In this document: piece by piece, positions 10,701 through 18,467 of the stretch
Layout of the letters: each line of letters starts with the position of its first letter
Numbering within the stretch: position 1 is the stretch's first letter
Source of the DNA: Cyanobacteria bacterium P01_F01_bin.150
Lineage (GTDB): Bacteria > Cyanobacteriota > Cyanobacteriia > CAKZMO01
Length of the DNA: 64,000 nucleotides
Reading direction: 5' to 3'
Assembly: GCA_039189765.1 (NCBI GenBank)
Contig: JBCCYL010000003.1
Span: 112,706-176,705, forward strand
Notes under the pieces: generated by a model
Database searches by the model: none
Told to the model about the DNA's origin: nothing
The model's input: the letters and a program-made list of their open reading frames with translations, nothing else
Made by a program: the position numbers and the translations under genes

Positions 10701-13009
10701 CCATCAATTTGAATATTACCATCGGGAATTAGGGTGCCATTGGAAGAGACTGCGGTTACGGTCAGATTTGCCGCAGCTGTTTCCAAATCACCAACCGTAA
10801 AGGCTAGCGCAGCAGTGCTACCGTCCTCGATAATCTGTTGATTATCAACGGAGCTAATCGTCGGTAGATCATTTACGGGCGTCACGGCAACCTCAAAGGT
10901 CTCCGTGGAACTCTTGTCGCCATCGCTAATGGTTAAGGTAATCGTTGCCGTGCCGTTAGCATCTGCCGCTGGGGTCACGGTAACCGTGCGGTTCTCTCCG
11001 GTTCCAGTGACGACGATGTTACCGTCAGAGATTAGCGTGGTATCCGAGGAGCTACCCACAACCGTTAAGCCGTTGACGTTGGAATCAATATCGCTGAGGG
11101 TAAAGGCGATCGCCCCCGTATTTCCATCCTCGTCAATTACCTGATCCGCAATAGTTGTACTGATAGGCGTATCATTAACCGGATCCACGGTAATCGCAAA
11201 CATTTGACTAGCGGTTTTATCCCCATCACTTACAGTCACGGTAATATCGGCAGTTCCGACCCCATCCGTAACGGGATTCACCACTAGGGTGCGATTGGCC
11301 CCCGTGCCAAACACCTCAATGCCCGCATTGGCCACCACCGAGGAGTCAGAGGAGGTCGCGGTAATCGTTAATTCGCCCGAATCGTTGTCGATATCCCCCA
11401 GAGTTAGGGCAATGGCTTGGCTGGGGGTGTCTTCATCGGTATTTTGATTGGCGATCGCTGCAATAGTCGGGGCATCGTTATCTGGATTAACCGTAACCTC
11501 AAAGGTTTGCTGAGTGGTATTTACACCATCGCTAACGTTAACCGTAATTACCGCAGTTCCAAATTGATCAGCGGTCGGGCTTAAACTAATGCTCTGATTA
11601 GCCCCCGTTCCGTTGACCGTAATAGCATTGTCAGCAATTAAAGCCTGGTTGGAGGATGTCGCTGTTACCGTCAAGCTATCGGTCAATGTTTCCTGATCGC
11701 CAATAGTAAAGGCGACATTTGCAAGATCCGTGTCTTCTAGAGTTTCCTGATTGGCGATCGCACTCACCGTTGGCGCATCGTTGACCTCATTGACCTGGAC
11801 ATCAAATGTCTCCGTTGTAGTATTTACACCATCACTGACCTGGAGCGTAATTGTGGCTTGCCCTGACGCTTCAGCTACGGGGGTGACAGTAACGCTACGA
11901 TCAGCCCCAGTACCGCTGATCACAATATCACCGTCGGCCACAATCCCCTGATCGCTGGATACGGCAGAAACCGTTAAATTACCGGCATTCGTTTCTTCAT
12001 CACCAACGGTAAAGGATAGGGCTGTCGTACTGCCATCTTCGTCAATGGCCTGATCCGCAACCGCGCTAATCGTAGGCGCATCATTTTCCGCCGTAACGGT
12101 AACGGTAAAGATTTCTTCTGTGACGTTAATGCCGTCGCTAACGGTAACGGTAATAATGGCCGTCCCAGATTGGTTCGCAGCGGGGAGAAAGGCAATGGAT
12201 TGATTGTTGCCTGTTCCTACTACCTGGATATTCTCATCAGGAAACAGGGCCAAATTACTGGATGATGTGGTGATAATCAGGTCATTGGCATCGATAGTCT
12301 CAGTATCGGCGATGGTAAAGGCCAAAACTGTTGCATTAGCATCTTCCGCAATAATCTGATCGTCAATGGCACTAATGGTCGGCGGGGTGTTGAAAACACC
12401 CGCGTAGGTTTGTTGTGTATCGGGGGCGATCGCAATGCTCGATTGTAAATCAGCCGCCAGTTCTCCAATACGATGCTCCAGCCCCCACACGCCTCCAAGC
12501 AAGGCATTTCCAACCTTATACGCCGATGCCGCAATGCTAGCTCCAGTCAGTTGGTGTAGTGTCCTCAGAAAAGATGGAGCAGACAATTGAGAGGCATGCT
12601 CAAGGGATGCAGCCACTTCACAGGCATAAAGGCAAATTTCAACAACCCCCCAGGATTGCAGCAACAGGCGGTACTGCTCTAAATCCGCAGAGGTAACCGT
12701 CTGTCCTCCTAAAGACAACTGCCCTGGAGCACCGTGACAGAAAATATGGAGATGGGTAATGGGATTGCTTTGAAGGGTAGCAGTGGCGATCGCATCGCTG
12801 ATCTCCTGTAGACCACCATTTGCATTTAGAACCAGCGAAGTCGCATTTGAAGAGAGGCCATTAACCAGCGCTTGAGGGTCGTCTACAAGGGAATCAATCA
12901 CGACCAAAAGATTGGGCGTGGGTTTGAGATTTAAAGTTGAATAAGAAGCAGTTCCGGAAAGAGTCTGGCCGAAATTTAGAGTATTGGTAGTCTGACCCAC
13001 AAGCGCCAT
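4718..13009 (-). CDS. Giant RTX adhesin: DUF4347, ~21 tandem ~100 aa cadherin/Ig-like repeats, 2 He_PIG-like domains, Thr/Pro linker and Ca-binding RTX repeats
   Basis: N-terminal LHIFCHGAPG/LYACEVA motifs, 21 NDAPTI..DQ..ED repeats, two LPxWLxF..TFSGxP domains and C-terminal GGxGND nonapeptides. Confidence 0.92.
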   Translation of the reverse strand: MALVGQTTNTLNFGQTLSGTASYSTLNLKPTPNLLVVIDSLVDDPQALVNGLSSNATSLVLNANGGLQEISDAIATATLQSNPITHLHIFCHGAPGQLSLGGQTVTSADLEQYRLLLQSWGVVEICLYACEVAASLEHASQLSAPSFLRTLHQLTGASIAASAYKVGNALLGGVWGLEHRIGELAADLQSSIAIAPDTQQTYAGVFNTPPTISAIDDQIIAEDANATVLAFTIADTETIDANDLIITTSSSNLALFPDENIQVVGTGNNQSIAFLPAANQSGTAIITVTVSDGINVTEEIFTVTVTAENDAPTISAVADQAIDEDGSTTALSFTVGDEETNAGNLTVSAVSSDQGIVADGDIVISGTGADRSVTVTPVAEASGQATITLQVSDGVNTTTETFDVQVNEVNDAPTVSAIANQETLEDTDLANVAFTIGDQETLTDSLTVTATSSNQALIADNAITVNGTGANQSISLSPTADQFGTAVITVNVSDGVNTTQQTFEVTVNPDNDAPTIAAIANQNTDEDTPSQAIALTLGDIDNDSGELTITATSSDSSVVANAGIEVFGTGANRTLVVNPVTDGVGTADITVTVSDGDKTASQMFAITVDPVNDTPISTTIADQVIDEDGNTGAIAFTLSDIDSNVNGLTVVGSSSDTTLISDGNIVVTGTGENRTVTVTPAADANGTATITLTISDGDKSSTETFEVAVTPVNDLPTISSVDNQQIIEDGSTAALAFTVGDLETAAANLTVTAVSSNGTLIPDGNIQIDGAGENRTITVTPAADGYGTATITLTVDDGADAVTETFDVTITPDNDAPTINAVSDQTTTEDTAITAIPFTISDIESPSLALQVTAVSDNQALIANDNIELLGFGDARTLSITPEPNQSGTAIITLSVTDGENTTEETFTVTVDPENDAPTISAVSDRVILEDSTNNAFTFTIGDAETASDTLTVNVSSSNTTLVDSLVATGTGDSRTITIDPIANQTGTTDITITVGDGNLTTTETFSVTVSPENDAPTISSIGDQAIAEDGVTEAIAVQIDDVDDAIHTLTVQAMSSDTTLIPNDNIQLSGIGGDRTLTITPAADQFGTATITVTVEDGLNTTTETFDVVVAPENDAPVLSIFNDQQLLEDSNTVSIPFSVNDVDTPTSLFTIAASSDNTDLLPNDAIVVSGSGTARTLSFTPVANAFGTATITVQLEDDGNNTVSQTFDVVVSPENDLPTITAIEDQAIGEDETVSGLTFSVSDVETAPDSLIITATSSNPDLLPANGIVLGGSGQDRTLTLNPASNTSGSAIITITVNDGVDRITETFNLSVGEENDAPTLSSIGNQIIVEDSRSEAISFTIGDVETLTEDLVVTAISSNQALIPNGAITLGGNGANRTITVTPAVNQFGTTMITLGVNDGSLLTEETFEVVVVPDNDQPTLAAIATQITDEDTPIDGLAIAIGDIETAAENLLVTATSSNTTLVPNNNIVITGTGSERFLTITPNADLSGTTAITIAVNDGEATVTQTFDVVVNAVNDQPTITAIADQLIAEDGTVAALNFTVDDLETDAEAITVTATSDNSALIPSSQIILGGRGNDRTLSISPVSNSSGTATITLLVDDGDITTTEMFEVIVAAENDAPTLSVIADQSVAEDGTTSPIMVTISDLDHSAGELTVTATAADGALVPDENITIAGTGSERAIAITPAEDASGTTMVTVTVSDGITSSSQDFELTVTPVNDAPSISTISNQAISEDGFSNAIPFTVDDIDSDIGGLSITATSSNLDLLTPNGIAISGTGTSRSLVLTPEADQSGSTTVTLMVTDGDKTTETSFAVTVGADNDAPIVSVIDAQSTLEDTLSAPIEFVVADSDNPVGALLVSATSTDTVLIPDENITITGTTANRSLTILPAPDQFGTTEITVKVSDGTNISTQTFEITVVPDNDAPVLGPIATQRTAEDTSLTNISVQVSDVESPAGALTITAASSNPELIPVNNIVVEGSGSDRTLSITPSANAIGSSTITLTLSDGFATATQIFDVVVDPVDDAPTLQVPIAQTTLEDTPLTNIPFTVSDLETNANNLLVTVTSSNPGLLPDANIMLGGNGENRTLSLEPVANAFGTTTLTITVNDGTNITTDSFTVDVEAVNDVPMIEAIADQTVDEDGVIDAIAIRLDDLELDPDNLTVSVTSSDSALLPQSGLVLDGTGSDRSLSITPAADQSGRATVTVTTSDGTDEVSTQFDVTVAASNDAPQMDAISDQTLDEDTSVTVEINNLSDTETPSGALAVVATSSNPDLVTVDGLAITGSGDSRTLTVTPQSNQVGTATISVSVSDGTVSTVETFELLVEPLNDAPTTINPLADQVAIAGATFDMAVDPLTFQDVDINDQLTYTANLDDGSVLPGWLTFDVMTQTFSGQPTDGDVGTIRVTVTATDQDNQSTEDTFELNVIANNAPTVASPLADASATATVAFTATVPDGTFADVDPSDRLTFSAKQSNGAALPSWLVFNGNTQTFSGTPTDSDVGQLTLEVMATDRAGLSVANQMVLTIAEAPVVVTPPITTPTTTPTTTPTTTPTTPTTTPSDDTATITPTTPTTSPTANDLDTSTDVLTPKSDDGASASLDLVGSASGDRLVGSDANDTIKGQGGNDKLLGFNGNDRLVGGQGRDNLKGGNGDDVLIGGGGNDTLKGGKGNDVLKGGGGNDKLVGGKGEDLLIGGGGKDIFVLSKKGGPDTIRKFQDGTDLLRGVKFNKLTLTQEGNNTILSQGQNQVAILVGVDVNQITSADFV

Positions 13010-13186
13010 AGATAAAAGATCCCCTTAGTTAGTCTTGCAGCTCCCTGAAAAGTATTCAGACAGTTTGCATCTGGAGACCAGACCACCTATTGCTCAATGG
13101 ACGTCACTTATTCGGGGTCACGAAATCGACTGCATTAAAGAATCTAATACGCAGTAAGGCTATTTCTGAAAAAGAATTTACCGCTT

Positions 13187-13217
13187 GTAGGATGGGTTAG
13201 CGATAGCGTAACCCATC
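13187..13217 (+). repeat. GTAG-type REP-like palindrome
   Basis: GTAG-GATGGGTTA-GCGATAGCG-TAACCCATC, related to the 4670-4703 element. Confidence 0.7.
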
Positions 13218-13486
13218 TGCGTTGGTATATTTATTTCAAGAAATCACTTAAGTGCATTTAATCCTACATTGCAGAGTGCTATTCGTTGGTTCTATTGCAA
13301 TCGACAGAAGCCAACCAATGCTTAGCGCTCAAACCTGTTCCTGATTCAGTGATAGTACGCGATTAGCAGATAGACAGTTTGATCTGAACATCAAAAAGTA
13401 TGGCACCACGTAAATTACTTCCTAATCAGAAAAATCACCGATTTGAGTTCAAAGCCAGATAGATATGGGGGCAGAGGCAGGTTAGA

Positions 13487-14512
13487 TTACGGATTAGCAA
13501 CAGCAACAGATAGTTCGTTGGAAAAATTCTGGCGAATCCATTTGAGGCTGAGGTTTGCCACCTCCCGTGGAACTTCATCTTGGGGACAATGGCCTGCATT
13601 ATTCAGCACAACAAAGTCATCCACTGAATCAAAATCCGCCCACGGCTTAGCCATATCCATCGGTTCCCATGGATCGTCCTGGCCCCATAAAATCAAGGCT
13701 CGACAGGGGAGCTGAGAATACAGGTCCTCCGGTAACGGCCCTTGGGAATAGCGAGTAAAGGCGGCAAATACATCCGCTGCACCGGGGTCTGCGGCTGGCC
13801 CCATCAGAATATCCACCAGTTCATCCGTCACCGCATCCGGCTGAGCATAGGCCTGGAGCAAGACTTGTCGTACCGTTCGGGGACGGGCCAGGGCGCTAAA
13901 AAACAAACGGCTAAACCAGGACATTCCCAGCATCGATTGAATAATCGGCGTACTAAGCTGCTGATGCCATGGAATTTGGCTGCGTCGCCGTTCGTGGAGC
14001 ATCCGCACGGAGCAGTTAATGGTAACAACGCCTTGGAATAGATCTGGGTAGGCGATCGCCGCCTGCATTGCCGCAATACAGCCAATGGAATTGCCAATCA
14101 AGAAGGCGGGAGTCTGCACCACTTCCCGACAAAAATCTCCAAGCTGCTGGCCCCAGGTTTCAAAGGTATAGGGCAACGGGTCCCCCGGCGTGGGCTTATC
14201 TGAACCGCCAAATCCCAGCAAATCAATGGCATACACCCGACAGGACTCAGCCATCAGTGGCATAACCTTACGCCAGTGCCCCCATGAGGCCCCAAAACCA
14301 TGCACTAAGATCACTGCAGGTTTCTGAAGCTCCTGGGATTTATCTTCTGAGCCATTTTCCCCATGGTTCTCTTCTCCCTGGACCTGATAGCAAATATTAA
14401 AACCTCGCCACTGCCAAGACTTTGCAGGGGGAAACGACTCGATGGACGTCGAGTATCTAGTTAAGTCGGTAGCGTTTGTCAAAGAATCGGAAGTCGCAGG
14501 CATAGAACTCAT
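13487..14512 (-). CDS. Alpha/beta-fold hydrolase
   Basis: HGFGAS oxyanion motif, GNSIG nucleophile elbow, WGQDD and AGHCPQDE. Confidence 0.92.
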   Translation of the reverse strand: MSSMPATSDSLTNATDLTRYSTSIESFPPAKSWQWRGFNICYQVQGEENHGENGSEDKSQELQKPAVILVHGFGASWGHWRKVMPLMAESCRVYAIDLLGFGGSDKPTPGDPLPYTFETWGQQLGDFCREVVQTPAFLIGNSIGCIAAMQAAIAYPDLFQGVVTINCSVRMLHERRRSQIPWHQQLSTPIIQSMLGMSWFSRLFFSALARPRTVRQVLLQAYAQPDAVTDELVDILMGPAADPGAADVFAAFTRYSQGPLPEDLYSQLPCRALILWGQDDPWEPMDMAKPWADFDSVDDFVVLNNAGHCPQDEVPREVANLSLKWIRQNFSNELSVAVANP

Positions 14513-14576
14513 ATCGCACGCCGAGAGTAACAGTCAGAATTTTACAATATGTTAACGCAGGACAGGATTAGTCCCC

Positions 14577-14740
14577 ATAATGGAGCTTAGGAATGGATGA
14601 GTTTTGAGTTTTGAGTTTTGAATTTTGAGTTTTGAGTTTTGAATTACCCGTACGACTTAGGATTTCTTCTACGGAGACGCTGCGCGAACAAGACTCAAAA
14701 TTGATAACTTATCAAATGCCCATTCCTTAGCCCCGTTTAT
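14577..14740. repeat. MITE-like fold-back element containing (TTTTGAG/A)n heptamer tandem repeats
   Basis: Imperfect terminal IRs GGAGCTTAGGAATGG / CCATTCCTTAGCCCC. About 6 heptamer copies at 14599-14645, with an inverted ACTCAAAATT copy near 14693. Confidence 0.6.
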
Positions 14741-14843
14741 CGATAATTGCTTATCGACAATAATGTCCCAGTCACAAATCTATTGTACTAGTATTAAGTA
14801 ATCTGCTACAGTGAAGCCAAAGCGCGGTTTTGGGAGTAGGGCA

Positions 14844-15034
14844 ATGGTTTCTCAAGCGCAATCTAACATTCTGCAAGGTTCAGCGTCCGCTCAAAAATAT
14901 CCGCCTCTGCAAAGTGGCGATCGCCTCTATTGTTAGATGAGGATGCCTTGCTAAACGATCGAATGACAAAAGTGTTAGAGGTCGTGCAGGCAGTACTACA
15001 GTCAATGGAGCATAAAACAATGGCGCTGACGTAA
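14844..15034 (+). pseudogene. Internally deleted Uma2-family endonuclease remnant
   Basis: N-terminal ...YPPLQSGDRL joined out of frame to C-terminal LLLDEDALLNDRMTKVLEVVQAVLQSMEH. Both pieces resemble the termini of cyanobacterial Uma2 proteins. Confidence 0.6.
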
Positions 15035-15048
15035 GCTTCTGGTGGGCC

Positions 15049-15081
15049 AGATCCCAGGGTTCTTAAAGAACCCTGGGATCT
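15049..15081. repeat. Near-perfect REP-like hairpin upstream of the RAYT gene
   Basis: AGATCCCAGGGTTCTT-A-AAGAACCCTGGGATCT, 16 bp arms. Confidence 0.7.
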
Positions 15082-15126
15082 AAATCCGCCTGTGGGTTGG
15101 GGGAATCATTATCGTGAGAATTAGAG

Positions 15127-15918
15127 ATGATTCCCTCTGTGTTGAATATGCCAAGACAACCGCGAGACTTAAAACCAGGGTATTGCTATCACATCACGAC
15201 AAGATGTAATAATCGAGAATTTCTTCTCTATCGGCAGGAATGCAGGGAAGTATTTCTCTATGCTATTAAGCAGGCCCAAGAGAAATTTGACTTCAAGCTT
15301 TATGGACTATGCATTATGAGCAATCATGTTCATTATTTGCTTGAACCAAAAGCCCCGAACGACTTGCCTAAAATTATGCATTGGCTCAACTGGTACACGG
15401 CCATGTGCTTTAACCAAATGCTGGGGCGTACTGGTCACTTTTGGGAAAAACGATACTTCAGCGCTGGATTCCCTAGCTCAGACCATGCAAGAGTGCTCAA
15501 TACACTGCGCTACATCCATGCCAATCCCAAAACGGCAAAAATGCAGCATGGGTTTTTCTATGACTTCAGCAACTACGGTTCCCATGAACGAATGACCAAT
15601 GACGGGATTACCCAATGGCATTCTGCATTTCTATCGCTGGGTGAGTCACTTGAAGACTGTGCAGAAGCCTATAAACAGTTCTGTAATCGCTATAAACCCA
15701 AGGAAAAACCCGCTAAGAAATCAAGTTGGGGTGGTCGGCTTCTCGCCAAGATGGAAGCAGCGGTGAAGACCAAGAGGAAAAAAGCTAAAACATCACCGGG
15801 TCAGACTAAGCTATCGCTTCCGTGGGAGCAGTACCAGGTATTGAATTGCCCTGAAATTCAGTCGATCGCTAGAACCTTTATCAGCGCTAACTCTTATCCA
15901 ATCAGCGGATCACCTTAG
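15127..15918 (+). CDS. HUH Y1 transposase, REP-associated (RAYT/TnpA-REP-like)
   Basis: YHITTRCNNRE N-terminal motif, HUH motif MSNHVHYL, GHFWEKRY, catalytic Tyr in LRYIHANP and a Lys-rich C-terminal extension. The start may be 15148. Confidence 0.88.
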   Translation: MIPSVLNMPRQPRDLKPGYCYHITTRCNNREFLLYRQECREVFLYAIKQAQEKFDFKLYGLCIMSNHVHYLLEPKAPNDLPKIMHWLNWYTAMCFNQMLGRTGHFWEKRYFSAGFPSSDHARVLNTLRYIHANPKTAKMQHGFFYDFSNYGSHERMTNDGITQWHSAFLSLGESLEDCAEAYKQFCNRYKPKEKPAKKSSWGGRLLAKMEAAVKTKRKKAKTSPGQTKLSLPWEQYQVLNCPEIQSIARTFISANSYPISGSP

Positions 15919-15971
15919 TAAATTTGTTTTTTTAGGGGTTGTTGAATTCGAGGGCGATCGCTAGAATGCAC

Positions 15972-16234
15972 GGTAAAGCTGAAATTCCAGTTAAAGGAGA
16001 CCACTGGAAAGCTAATTCCAGTTTACCTTTGGGCCGTATGCTTGGGCCGTATGCGAGGTAAAGCATCAATAGCAGGTTACGCAGTTCGATTTAATTGAAT
16101 ACGCACGAACAAGAATTTTGATGTACCAGTCCTGACAAATTAAGTTCGGCATTGTTTTATCCCAGTGGATTGCTGCTTTGGTGCGGTTATCCTATCTTCT
16201 CTTCGTATCTGGGTTGATGCAGTGCCGAATTTTT
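15972..16234 (+). ncRNA. Candidate structured ncRNA downstream of the RAYT gene
   Basis: TTGTTG-N17-TAGAAT promoter-like signal (15939-15967), three stem-loop domains and a final stem followed by a T-run. No ORF of 60 aa or more. Confidence 0.5.
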
Positions 16235-16347
16235 GGTTTTTAAAGCCAAGCCAATTGGTTTTTGGAACCTAATTCAGGCCAACTCAGCCTAGCTCTGTGG
16301 AGAGGATATCTTCTGGGAATTGTAAACCCTAGTAGGAGAAAATCCTC

Positions 16348-16662
16348 ATGGCTCTATTTGATTGGCTAGGAAATAAACCTAAGCCAGAACCGGACAAAAC
16401 TCCATTGCTCCTTCTGGTTGAAGTCCCTGGACTGAAGCTTGAAATCAATGGAAAGCTGCTTGAAACCATTAAGGCATTGATGCCACTACTGTTGCGTGTG
16501 AAATCCCTCTCATGGATTGCCACACCTCTTACAGCACTGTGGTTTCTGTCTAGTGGAATTGGGGTAAATGTGCAGAGTAAGTTGTGTCACCAGCCTGTTC
16601 TGCCAAATACCCCACGGATTGCTGAGGATGTCACTCCTCAAAAGGGTGATCTATCGCTTTAA
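16348..16662 (+). CDS. Small hypothetical membrane protein
   Basis: AGGAG RBS, ATG start, a hydrophobic segment and a downstream terminator. Confidence 0.6.
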   Translation: MALFDWLGNKPKPEPDKTPLLLLVEVPGLKLEINGKLLETIKALMPLLLRVKSLSWIATPLTALWFLSSGIGVNVQSKLCHQPVLPNTPRIAEDVTPQKGDLSL

Positions 16663-16700
16663 ATCAAGAACGCTCAAAGTAATCTTGATTTAACAGTTTC

Positions 16701-16740
16701 AGCCTGGATTCCTGGTCAGAGGAGTCCGGGCTTTCTTGTT
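16701..16740 (+). terminator. Intrinsic terminator
   Basis: AGCCTGGATTCCT-GGTCAG-AGGAGTCCGGGCT followed by TTCTTGTT. Confidence 0.6.
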
Positions 16741-16840
16741 GTAGCGTAGCCCTGCCCTCACTTCTCTGATCATACTCCTTTTTCCATAGTGGTGTGTGAC
16801 GAAAGAAAACGTCCGCCAGATTATCTCCATCACTCGGTAA

Positions 16841-17062
16841 CTAATCAGCAAGAACCAGTTTTTGCAGTTTAGATAGCTGCTTTTCCAAACTGCTGACGCG
16901 CTTGCTAGTACTAGCGCAGCTATCAGGTGTCGTCTGTCCCAGAAATTGAGCAATTGCCTCACGTACCAACTCACTCTCCGATTTCCCAGTTTCTTCCTGA
17001 ATAGACTTAAGCTGGATTGCATGAGCTTCAGGGACTCGCCCGCCCACATGAATAAGGGCCAT
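16841..17062 (-). CDS. Ribbon-helix-helix (CopG-like) DNA-binding protein with a coiled-coil tail
   Basis: MALIHVGGRVP...TGKSESELVREAIAQFL is a typical RHH pattern. Start placed at ATG 17062. Confidence 0.75.
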   Translation of the reverse strand: MALIHVGGRVPEAHAIQLKSIQEETGKSESELVREAIAQFLGQTTPDSCASTSKRVSSLEKQLSKLQKLVLAD

Positions 17063-17298
17063 AAATTGTGAACTCCGTGAACGCGGTTGACGCACTCTGG
17101 CTATAGGAGTGCGTCTTTGTTTTTAGGATAAATTCGTTGACTTTGTTGACCGCGTTGACACTGTTTTGTCAATACTTATAAGAATTTTTGATCAGTGATT
17201 CTGCTGGTGAATTTGGTCGATTTTCTTATCAATAGGGTGAACCCCCATCAAATATAGGAAAATGAGTTCGTGTTTTCAGCAAAGACGAACTCGGCACC

Positions 17299-17850
17299 AT
17301 GGCTAAGCAAAATCGGCAGGGCAAGGCACTGATTCTGGAATTAGGACAGATTGAGGAGATAGTGAGCAATCTTGCTTATCCCCACAGCGCGATTGCTGCG
17401 TTGTGTTATTGGTCCGCTTCTCGTGCCGGTGAAATCGTTGCACTGGAATTTAGTGCTATCGGTCCCAGCTCGCTGTCAATCAAACAGAGCAAAACTAAGG
17501 CCGTGAAAGAAATTGGTTACTACAGCCAACTAACCGAGGCTATAGATTTAATTCACCAACACTCTGGGCAATATTGTTTTCCTAGCCGTAATGGCACTAC
17601 TCACCTCACTCTCAGGGCATTTCAGAAACAACTCGACAATTGTTTTGATTGGCTAGGGATTAGTGGGGCATCGTCTCACTCGTTCCGCCGCTCGATGGCT
17701 ACCCATCTATATGAATCAAAGGTCGATTTGCAATCGATTAGACAAATGACTGGGCACAAGTCGCTAGACTCACTGACTGAATATATTGATATCCCTCGAT
17801 TAGAAGCCCAAAGTAGGATTAGTGACGCTATCGCCCAGTGGCGTTCCTGA
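17299..17850 (+). CDS. Small tyrosine recombinase/integrase (catalytic domain only)
   Basis: R in SRAGE, K in QSKTK, HSFRR, GHKSL and the Tyr in TEYID: full catalytic set. Confidence 0.9.
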   Translation: MAKQNRQGKALILELGQIEEIVSNLAYPHSAIAALCYWSASRAGEIVALEFSAIGPSSLSIKQSKTKAVKEIGYYSQLTEAIDLIHQHSGQYCFPSRNGTTHLTLRAFQKQLDNCFDWLGISGASSHSFRRSMATHLYESKVDLQSIRQMTGHKSLDSLTEYIDIPRLEAQSRISDAIAQWRS

Positions 17851-18025
17851 TTGCCCCGCTCACCGCCCCAACAGCGTCCAGCGATCGCCCCCCTTCCCCG
17901 CCCCTTTCATTCCCTCCCGCCTGGCCCTTCTCGTCTGGGTTGATGTGGTGAGTGCGTTTGATGCGAAAACAAGGCACGCTCTGATCGTAGATTCCTGCTA
18001 CGTTTGGAACGGATGCGATCGCCCT

Positions 18026-18467
18026 CTATTCCTGCCCCTCCAATTCCGCCAATTTCTGCTGCTCCTCAACCCAAGCCTGCAAAGTGCTGGACATATCCAG
18101 GAGCTTTTGAGAATCAGGGTCTTCAGATCTCAGTTCTTCTAACAGCTATTGAGCGAAGGTTTTGAGCTGATGGTCGTAATTCTTCCAATATCTCGATTAA
18201 TCGCCGATTTTGCTCCCGAGTCCGATCCAAGCCCAAAGCCAGCTCCAGAATCCAACTCAGACCCAGCTTCCGAGCAAGAGCCCGATCCAGCTCTAGCTCC
18301 TGAGCCAGTTTCTGAGGCAGCATCAGAGCCCGATATTGAGTCCGATTCAGCTCCCGAGCTAGCTCCTGAGCCCGAGCATGGTCCCGATATTGAGCCTGAT
18401 CCAGAACCAGCTCCCGAGCTAGATTAGCCGCCTTATCTAATTTCTCTAGAAATTCTGCCTTGTTCAT
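18026..18467 (-). pseudogene. Degraded LARELxL-repeat helical protein resembling NACHT-associated C-terminal repeats
   Basis: ORF 18123-18467 has LAREL/LAQELELDRAL repeats. A plausible C-terminus (LEELRSEDPDSQKLL...EGQE*) continues in another frame to 18026. Confidence 0.4.

Noticed and set aside
4824..12534. Many + strand and nested ORFs over the giant adhesin
   Set aside because: Antisense or alternate-frame shadows caused by repetitive codon usage.
16044..16064. GGGCCGTATGCGAGGTAAA resembling the 5' half of group II intron domain V
   Set aside because: The complementary 3' half (..GCACGTACGGTTC) and domain VI are absent, and there is no RT gene.
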